Part shown: positions 26,146 through 32,000 of the stretch, one piece after another
How positions within the stretch are numbered: the first letter of the stretch is position 1
Layout of the letters: every line of letters begins with the position of its first letter
Assembly: GCF_000179635.2 (NCBI RefSeq)
Contig: NC_014825.1
Span: 240,001-272,000, forward strand
Length of the DNA: 32,000 nt
Source of the DNA: Ruminococcus albus 7 = DSM 20455
GTDB taxonomy: Bacteria; Bacillota; Clostridia; Oscillospirales; Ruminococcaceae
Direction of reading: 5' to 3'
Notes under the pieces: generated by a model
The model's input: the letters and a program-made list of their open reading frames with translations, nothing else
Database searches by the model: none
What the model was told of the DNA's origin: nothing
Made by a program: the position numbers and the translations under genes

Positions 26146-27673
26146 TCCTATCCAACCTTTCTGTAAATTCAAGTCCGCTGGGCAGCCTGAAAGTCAGCGT
26201 ATCGCCCGAAATGGTGATGCTCTCGACTGCTGTTTCAAGTATCTCCTTACGGGCTTCGGGAGTGCCGTCATAGCCTTTGAAAAGCTCTGCAAGAGTTTCC
26301 ATATCATCAATGGTCTTGTCCTTGTTCTCACTTGCCCTGTCCATACTGCGTGACAGGCTGCTGATCTGCATATCAATTTCCGTGACCTCACGGTCATACT
26401 TCTCGGTGGTGATAAAGCGTTTTCTGTACAGCGTGGCGAGCCTGAGCTTCTGCTCTTTCAGGTCGGCAATGGTTTTTAGCTGATTTGCTCCCTCTGCCGT
26501 ACCGTATTCCATAAGTCTTTGAAGCTCCGTGAGCTGTGCATAGCACTTGCCGATGATCTCCGCATTATGGGTATGGAGCTTGTCGCACAGTGCTGTGAAA
26601 GCAGTCTGCAATTCATCAGCATATAAAACAGTGTTATTGCAGGGATTGCCGACATCGTAGCGATAACCGCATTGCCAATAATCACGCTTTTTGGAGCGTA
26701 TCAGGGCATATGTGTGACCGCATTTTCCGCAAATCAGCTTCTTTCTGAATGGCGATTCGACCTTAGTGCTTTTCTGAGGTGTGGACGCTTTCCGCATATC
26801 CCTGACAAGGGCGAATTTCTCCTTGCTAATGATGGCAGGGTGGCTGCCCTCGATGTAATACTGCGGCACCTGTCCCGAATTGGGAATGAACTTCTCACCC
26901 ATGAATTTGGAGTAGGTTTTCTGCCAGAGTGTATCGCCGATATACTTCTCCTGTTCCAGAATGTTCAGCACCGTCTTTTGATTCCACGCTTTACCTGTGG
27001 GTGAGGGTATGCCCTCATCGGTCAGAGTAAGAGCGATCTTCCTTGCACCCATTCCGCTGATATACATATCGAATATCCTGCGGACGACCTCGGCTTTATC
27101 GGGTTCGATGATGAGCTTGCCTGTTTTCTTCTCTTTGGTGTAACCGTAGGGGACACGGCAATGCCCGAACGTACCCGATGCCATTTTCTTTTGAATGCCC
27201 CAGCGGACGTTGTTGGATATGGACTGTGATTCCTCCTGCGCCAGACCGCCCATGACGGTTATCATCATTTCGTCCGATAGCCTTGCCGTGTCGATATTTT
27301 CTTTCTCAAATGCTATGGTGATGCCCAGCTCTTTCAGCTCTCGGATAGATTTCAGGCAGTCCTTAGTATTTCGGGCGAAACGGCTGATAGACTTCGTGAC
27401 GATACGGTCGATTTTGCCAGCCCTGCAATCCTCCATGAGCCTTTGAAACTCCACACGCTTATCCATGCTCGTCCCCGAAATGCCCTCATCTGCGTACACA
27501 CCGACAAGCTCCGATGTCTCCGAACCTCTGTACAGGCTCGTGAAGTACCGCACCTGTGTTTCGTAGGAATGCTCCTGATCGTCCTTGTTGCTCGATACTC
27601 TGCAATACGCAGCCACTCTGATACGTCCCTGCCTGATCTGCGACACGGCAGGGATCACTGTCATTTTCTTCAT
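26135..27673 (-). CDS. large serine recombinase B3 (ortholog of the N-terminal 500 aa of A1)
   Basis: Motifs AAYCRVSSNKDDQ, SISRFARNTKDCL and LAQEESQSISNNVRW, Zn ribbon CGKCGHTY...WQC. AGGAG spacing favours the second ATG at 27673; the track ORF starts at 27679. Confidence 0.9.
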   Translation of the reverse strand: MKKMTVIPAVSQIRQGRIRVAAYCRVSSNKDDQEHSYETQVRYFTSLYRGSETSELVGVYADEGISGTSMDKRVEFQRLMEDCRAGKIDRIVTKSISRFARNTKDCLKSIRELKELGITIAFEKENIDTARLSDEMMITVMGGLAQEESQSISNNVRWGIQKKMASGTFGHCRVPYGYTKEKKTGKLIIEPDKAEVVRRIFDMYISGMGARKIALTLTDEGIPSPTGKAWNQKTVLNILEQEKYIGDTLWQKTYSKFMGEKFIPNSGQVPQYYIEGSHPAIISKEKFALVRDMRKASTPQKSTKVESPFRKKLICGKCGHTYALIRSKKRDYWQCGYRYDVGNPCNNTVLYADELQTAFTALCDKLHTHNAEIIGKCYAQLTELQRLMEYGTAEGANQLKTIADLKEQKLRLATLYRKRFITTEKYDREVTEIDMQISSLSRSMDRASENKDKTIDDMETLAELFKGYDGTPEARKEILETAVESITISGDTLTFRLPSGLEFTERLDRNGN

Positions 27674-27786
27674 AAACATCAGCTCCTGTTTTTACTGTTC
27701 AGATTTTGATACATATTTACGGTTTAGATGACCTGTTGCTTTTTGAATACGGAACAAGCAATTCGCCTGTTCCGTACCAATTCCGT

Positions 27787-27996
27787 TTAATCTTCGTCAG
27801 TGCAGTATGTCAGCCCATTCTGCAACTGGATAAAAATGCACTCGTTTCTTTCATGCTCCTCGCCGTCCGATGCCATCATCGCTTCAAGAAAGAAATGCTG
27901 TGCGTCTTCACGGTCAGACCATACACGTTTTACTCCGTTGCAGACGGTTGTAATCTTGCGACTGCGGTTCATTGCCAATTCGGGGATTTTAAGCAT
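27787..27996 (-). CDS. small hypothetical protein (69 aa)
   Basis: GGAGG lies 8 nt upstream. Its start overlaps the stop of the preceding gene (ATGCTTAA). It sits immediately upstream of the LSR triad, the usual place for small accessory/directionality proteins; that reading is inference only. Confidence 0.55.
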   Translation of the reverse strand: MLKIPELAMNRSRKITTVCNGVKRVWSDREDAQHFFLEAMMASDGEEHERNECIFIQLQNGLTYCTDED

Positions 27997-28240
27997 CTGT
28001 GATACCTCCTAAACCATAATCTTCGATAGACGGATAACTGGAGAAGATCATATCACGGTCAAGCTCGTCAATTTTTCTGCGCTGTTCCTCGGTGATAAGG
28101 TTCTTGCTGACGAGGTCGGCAAGAATTTCACGGCTGACAGCGTAATAATACTCTGCCTGACCGTAGCGTGTCCGCTCCGTTACACTGTCGCTCTTTGTAC
28201 AGAGAGCCGATGTACTTTCGTAGGATATTCCGTTAAGCAT
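27989..28240 (-). CDS. small hypothetical protein (83 aa)
   Basis: The ATG at 28240 follows AAGGAGGA. Sequence MLNGISYESTS...NLITEEQRRKIDELDRDM. Translationally coupled to the 69-aa gene. Confidence 0.55.
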   Translation of the reverse strand: MLNGISYESTSALCTKSDSVTERTRYGQAEYYYAVSREILADLVSKNLITEEQRRKIDELDRDMIFSSYPSIEDYGLGGITDA

Positions 28241-28288
28241 TGTTCCTCCTTCCCCTTGTCGGGGAGACATGGAATACCCTCATCTTCA

Positions 28289-28317
28289 ATGTTACACTTT
28301 AAAGCGGTGAAAGTCAA
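28289..28317 (-). promoter_or_regulatory. candidate promoter TTGACT-17-TAACAT for the small-gene/LSR operon
   Basis: On the minus strand, TTGACT is at 28317-28312 and TAACAT at 28294-28289. Confidence 0.35.
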
Positions 28318-28580
28318 CTGTTTCGCAGCAAGTTTGGAGATGCGCCGCAAGAGTGACACTGAAAAGGGATATTCCCCGGTTGATTTTGCACATACATATA
28401 GCAATACAAGAAAATAGCAGCATAAAGATTTCGAGAGAAAATTTCACAGTGCAAGGAAAACGACCGCAGTTGGGCTGTCGCCCTGCAAGGGAGTTTGACG
28501 CAGCAATGTGGAATTTTATCCGAAAGATTTGTGTTGGTATTTTCTTGGATTGCTATAATATAGGTGCGACTTACAAAAAT

Positions 28581-28741
28581 GGTGTCTTGGTGTCTGAATG
28601 GCGTAATATCGCCGTTTTGGGTGTCTGGTTTGCCGTCTTATCAGACAGAAAGGTGTCTGCTCCATACACCCTGCCTGTCTTTCATACACCATTTCAGACA
28701 TCTGAAACAACGTAATATCGCCGATAAGACACCAAGACACC
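28581..28741. repeat. iteron cluster / candidate replication origin
   Basis: GGTGTCT occurs four times direct (28581, 28589, 28620, 28652) and twice inverted (28727, 28735). The outer 15-bp arms are a perfect inverted repeat (28581-28595 / 28727-28741). A 13-bp direct repeat cgtaatatcgccg occurs at 28602 and 28711. Also the palindrome tttcaga-ca-tctgaaa and catacacc twice. Confidence 0.6.
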
Positions 28742-28747
28742 TTAAAC

Positions 28748-30121
28748 TCAGGTCGATATATATTTTATAGCGATACCTCTGAATCCTCTGACGGTCTTTC
28801 CACCTACTGAGATGTTATTGGTGTACTTGATGCTGAACTGGTCGCTGTTCTGCTTTACCCAGCTTGTGAAAGTGTCTCGCTTCAATGCCGTCAGAGCATT
28901 ATCATCACACCATCGGTAATAACTGTCATATAGTGCCGCCGATGAAACGCACAGCTTTTCCCCATACATCACCCTGTCCGTATCTTCCAGAAACTCCGTG
29001 ATATTGCAGTTATCCTGCATAGTCTCCATGACGTTCTGCCTTGCCCTGTCGGATATCGTGAAGCGGTAATTGTTGGCAAGCAGGCGGAGCAGTCCGTCAT
29101 ACATCCAGCAGAAAATCTTCTCTTTCTCAGCGATGAATTTCTCGGCGATATAGGGGTCAATAATTCGCCTTTCGGGCGGCGGCAGGGTGGTAAGGATTAT
29201 CATTCGGCGTGAGAAGCCCTTGCTCTTGTCATAGAGCGTTTTGGGACTGCCGTTGCCGAAGCACAAAAGCCGTGTATACAAGAGCGCCTGTTCCGACTGC
29301 TTGCCCTTTGCTTCAACATCTATGGGCGTTTCGGCGGTGACGAGGTTCTTGATGTAACCCGTTGAGGACAGCGCCTGCATTTGCATATCGTCATCTATCA
29401 TAAGCAGACGGTCTTTCAGATTGTAGCGAAAAAAGCGGTCTGTCTCGATTCGGTGGATATTGCCCGTAAGCATATTATCCCTGAAAATCTCACGGAGTAC
29501 GATGCCGATGCGAGACTTTCCCTCGCCGCCCTGACCTATGAGAAACATCATCTTTTGCCCTTTCGTGGAGGGTATCAACAGATAGCCGAGATATTCCTGC
29601 AAAGTGACCACATCTTCCGGTGTGAGCAGTTCCAACAGAAACGTCATGAACTGTTCGGGATAATAAGCACCGTTTCGGATATTCGGGTCATAGCAGATGT
29701 TCAGGCGGTTGGTGCAGAACTCCCTGTTGGGATAGAAGTTCCCTTGGAGGTCCAGCTTTCCGTTCTGAACATGGATAAAGTTCATGTCGGGCGGTATAGG
29801 CTCGCTGTATGTATAGAGCCTGAGCGCGTCCATTATCTGCACGACTTTCTTTGACAGCCCTATCCACACACCCAGACGGAGCATACGATAGACCTCGTTG
29901 CCGAGTGCGTTCTCGTCCACAAGTCCGTCATAATCGAAGAACCGTCCGCCGATGCATTTCATAGGGTGCTTCTGCGTGAACAGCTTGCAGAATTTCAGCT
30001 CATTAACGGTGGTCTTGTCCAGCATCCAATCGGGAAGCTCACGCTCTTTCTTCTTTTCAGGTGAAACGGTTGCCGAGGCATTCTCCCCATTCTTCGATAC
30101 ATCGTTTGTATTCTCGTTCAA
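28748..30121 (-). CDS. P4/D5-family primase-associated NTPase (replicative helicase-like)
   Basis: Walker A GQGGEGKSR and Walker B LLMIDDDM. TTG start lies 9 nt after GGAGG. General resemblance to the phage/plasmid primase P4-family C-terminal domain. Confidence 0.75.
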   Translation of the reverse strand: MNENTNDVSKNGENASATVSPEKKKERELPDWMLDKTTVNELKFCKLFTQKHPMKCIGGRFFDYDGLVDENALGNEVYRMLRLGVWIGLSKKVVQIMDALRLYTYSEPIPPDMNFIHVQNGKLDLQGNFYPNREFCTNRLNICYDPNIRNGAYYPEQFMTFLLELLTPEDVVTLQEYLGYLLIPSTKGQKMMFLIGQGGEGKSRIGIVLREIFRDNMLTGNIHRIETDRFFRYNLKDRLLMIDDDMQMQALSSTGYIKNLVTAETPIDVEAKGKQSEQALLYTRLLCFGNGSPKTLYDKSKGFSRRMIILTTLPPPERRIIDPYIAEKFIAEKEKIFCWMYDGLLRLLANNYRFTISDRARQNVMETMQDNCNITEFLEDTDRVMYGEKLCVSSAALYDSYYRWCDDNALTALKRDTFTSWVKQNSDQFSIKYTNNISVGGKTVRGFRGIAIKYIST

Positions 30122-30671
30122 TCCTGTCTACCTCCGTTTTTATTTCTTCCTGTTGCTCTTTGTCGAAACGATTGAACGTTTCAAGCATATACTCCGCATA
30201 GCCGATATTCTGCAAAGCGTATACGAAACGCCTGTCCGTTTCATCATCGGGAGAAGTCGGAACATAAAGCATTTTGTACTTGTCCAGCAAAGTAAAATAC
30301 CTGAGCAGAACATCATACATATGCTCCGCCCTTGCTTTCTCTGCCTTACGCTCGGCGATCTCCCTGCGCCGTCTGTTGACTTTCTCCATATCCGGTGGCT
30401 TGTCCACGTCCAGACCAAGTGCAAAATCGCTGTTGAGCTGTTTCACCGCTTCGATAGATGACAAGCCGAAAAGCTCCTGCACCAGCTTGATAACATCGCC
30501 GTGTGCCTGACAACCGAAACAGTAATAGTGGTCATCATACAGCTTGCAGGACGGGTGACGCTCCCTGTGGAATGGACAGAGCGCCATGTTTCCTCGGTGG
30601 ACTTCCACGCCGTAACTGCGGGCGGCGGTGGGTACGTCCACAAGCTCTTTTACTTCATCAAATATTGTCAT
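30057..30671 (-). CDS. CHC2 zinc-finger (DnaG-type) primase-like protein
   Basis: CPFHRERHPSCKLYDDHYYCFGCQAHGDVIKL is the CHC2 finger. Start MTIFDEVKELVD follows AAGGAGG; the track ORF extends to 30704. Confidence 0.75.
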   Translation of the reverse strand: MTIFDEVKELVDVPTAARSYGVEVHRGNMALCPFHRERHPSCKLYDDHYYCFGCQAHGDVIKLVQELFGLSSIEAVKQLNSDFALGLDVDKPPDMEKVNRRRREIAERKAEKARAEHMYDVLLRYFTLLDKYKMLYVPTSPDDETDRRFVYALQNIGYAEYMLETFNRFDKEQQEEIKTEVDRIEREYKRCIEEWGECLGNRFT

Positions 30672-30708
30672 TAAAAGACCTCCTTCACATACAGCCTTTT
30701 TCACCCCA

Positions 30709-30734
30709 AAAGTTGTACGAAAACGTACAACTTT
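30709..30734. repeat. perfect 11-bp inverted repeat aaagttgtacg-aaaa-cgtacaacttt
   Basis: Read directly from the sequence. It lies just upstream of the primase operon start. Confidence 0.7.
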
Positions 30735-30769
30735 AAATAAAATATGTTTTTATTAAATTAAAAATCATA

Positions 30770-30807
30770 TGTTATCACAAAATGAGAGCCTGCATTTTGT
30801 GATAACA
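30770..30807. repeat. perfect 14-bp inverted repeat tgttatcacaaaat-N10-attttgtgataaca (operator-like)
   Basis: Read directly. It ends 22 nt upstream of the -35 box of the STAND-gene promoter. Confidence 0.7.
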
Positions 30808-30828
30808 GCACAGCACATTTCCCGATAC

Positions 30829-30857
30829 TTGAAATACATATCGCTTTGTGCTATAAT
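30829..30857 (+). promoter_or_regulatory. promoter TTGAAA-17-TGcTATAAT
   Basis: TTGAAA at 30829-30834, a 17-nt spacer ending in tgc, then TATAAT at 30852-30857, 33 nt before the ATG at 30891. Confidence 0.65.
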
Positions 30858-30890
30858 GTATATTGGATAATTATTGAAAGGCGGCTATCT

Positions 30891-32000
30891 ATGTACAAGT
30901 TCTGCGACTTTCAGTCTGTTACCAAATTGCTGTACAGTGGGCTGATAAAATCTACGATCAAATCATATAACGTAATGATGAGCGACCTTTTTGGTGCATA
31001 TAACGCCGCTGAAAGAAAACAGGCGTTTACAAGCAGTGAGCTTTCACGTCTGGGCAACGGTAAGCGTGTGCCGTCAAAAACGTGGGTAGACTTCTATCAG
31101 CGGAATGATAAGTCTGTCATGATCGCAGATATTATGAGCATTATTCCAAATATCGTAGATAAAACATCAATGCAGAAAGCACTGTTTGAGCTTTACACCA
31201 ACGACAGATTTATCCCCGATGATTATATGCAGATATTTTTATCAAGCCATAAACCTGAATATTCCGATGATAACGCACTTGCGGAACTCATTTATGATGT
31301 TCTGTTCATTTCTATCGTCCGTCCTTATGAAGAAAAAACAAAGGAATGTTTTGTAGTTATACCCTTTGATGTTTCCGAGAATGAAGTTCCGTTTACAGAT
31401 CAGAAAGCCGATGTACTGCCCACTGTAAACATAAAATCTCCGGAATCGCCTGACACATTGTTCGCCAACAGCGAATATGTACCGCCGTGTCCGCATTTCT
31501 GCGGTTATGCGTCTGATATTGATGACCTGAACACAATGTTTGCAAAGGACAACAAGCTGTTTGTGACAGGCTATCCCTGTGTTGGCAAAAGTGAGTTTGT
31601 TCGTGCTTATATTGAGAAATACCGTTCCCAATATAAGAAAATCGGTTATTATTTTTACAGCGGCAGCCTGCGTTCGATCATTGCAAATATGAACTCGGAT
31701 ATGCCTGTATCGCTGAGTGATACAAATAACGCTCTCTACATAAGCAACCTTAATATTCTCCACACACTTGATGAAAGCACCCTTATCGTTATTGACAATT
31801 TCAACGTCGGCATTGAAGATGATGAATGTGCGGACGATATTCTCAAACTGAAATGCAGGGTCATCTTTACTTCACGCAGGCGATATGAGGGAGTGACTAC
31901 ATTCAAGCTAAATGGTATTTCCAAGAATGACGGAATGGAGCTTGTAGAAAAGTTTTTTGACAACCCCACGCCTTTAGCTGAACATAGGCTTAAGGGCATT
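30891..32000 (+). CDS. STAND (NB-ARC-like) P-loop NTPase, first 370 codons; about 215-aa N-terminal domain of unknown type
   Basis: I translated this frame by hand from ATG 30891 to the window edge and found no stop. Walker A LFVTGYPCVGKSEF, Walker B TLIVIDNF and RVIFTSRRR (the TTR/TSR motif of NB-ARC). It is not in the ORF track because it has no stop in the window. Confidence 0.7.
   Translation, partial: MYKFCDFQSVTKLLYSGLIKSTIKSYNVMMSDLFGAYNAAERKQAFTSSELSRLGNGKRVPSKTWVDFYQRNDKSVMIADIMSIIPNIVDKTSMQKALFELYTNDRFIPDDYMQIFLSSHKPEYSDDNALAELIYDVLFISIVRPYEEKTKECFVVIPFDVSENEVPFTDQKADVLPTVNIKSPESPDTLFANSEYVPPCPHFCGYASDIDDLNTMFAKDNKLFVTGYPCVGKSEFVRAYIEKYRSQYKKIGYYFYSGSLRSIIANMNSDMPVSLSDTNNALYISNLNILHTLDESTLIVIDNFNVGIEDDECADDILKLKCRVIFTSRRRYEGVTTFKLNGISKNDGMELVEKFFDNPTPLAEHRLKGI

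Larger units (their letters stand above)
23593..32000. mobile_element. putative LSR-type integrative element B (recombinase triad, small genes, ori, helicase, primase, STAND gene); right end beyond window
   Basis: Gene content and order. The recombinase triad reads outward toward about 23600-23651. The boundary is inferred, not demonstrated. Confidence 0.4.

Noticed and set aside
28353-28770. 120-aa and 68-aa plus-strand ORFs and a 74-aa minus-strand ORF between the small genes and the helicase
   Set aside because: None has an RBS. They run through the iteron and inverted-repeat DNA, so the region is better explained as non-coding origin or regulatory sequence.
31242-31999. Minus-strand ORFs of 173 aa and 87 aa
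   Set aside because: They are antisense to the uninterrupted plus-strand STAND reading frame, which carries clear NTPase motifs.
1-32000. CRISPR arrays, tRNA and rRNA genes
   Set aside because: By eye I saw no regularly spaced short direct repeats and no cloverleaf-like or rRNA-like conserved segments. I could not run a tRNA or Rfam scan.

Overview
This is a Clostridia-like accessory region with mobile-element and defence content. I saw no rRNA, tRNA or CRISPR array. All calls come from reading the sequence and ORF track by eye, with no database search.

Layout, left to right:
1. 1-4471: a divergent control region with consensus back-to-back promoters and operator-like palindromes. It is followed by an XRE repressor, an ImmA/IrrE protease, a Y-family DNA polymerase whose 5' end is split by a 1-nt frameshift, a YolD-like gene and two unknown genes.
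2. 4556-13953: a complete type I R-M operon (hsdR-hsdM-hsdS, minus strand). It is joined to a tyrosine-recombinase shufflon with two extra hsdS cassettes and several classes of inverted repeat.
3. 14108-21591: three paralogous TasA/camelysin-like genes. Each one lacks a start codon, a ribosome-binding site (RBS) and the lysine-rich n-region of a signal peptide, and the truncation falls at nearly the same codon in all three.
4. 15431-19055 and 23652-27679: two related multi-gene large-serine-recombinase (LSR) modules in inverted orientation. They bracket two of the paralogs and an AAA-ATPase/PD-(D/E)XK gene.
5. 27787-30704: two small coupled genes, an iteron-rich candidate origin, a P4/D5-type helicase and a CHC2 primase-like gene.
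6. 30891-32000: the first 370 codons of a STAND/NB-ARC-type NTPase with an unrecognised N-terminal domain.

The most unusual signal is the combination of the truncated paralog set with the LSR modules. One LSR stop codon abuts a truncated leader in frame.
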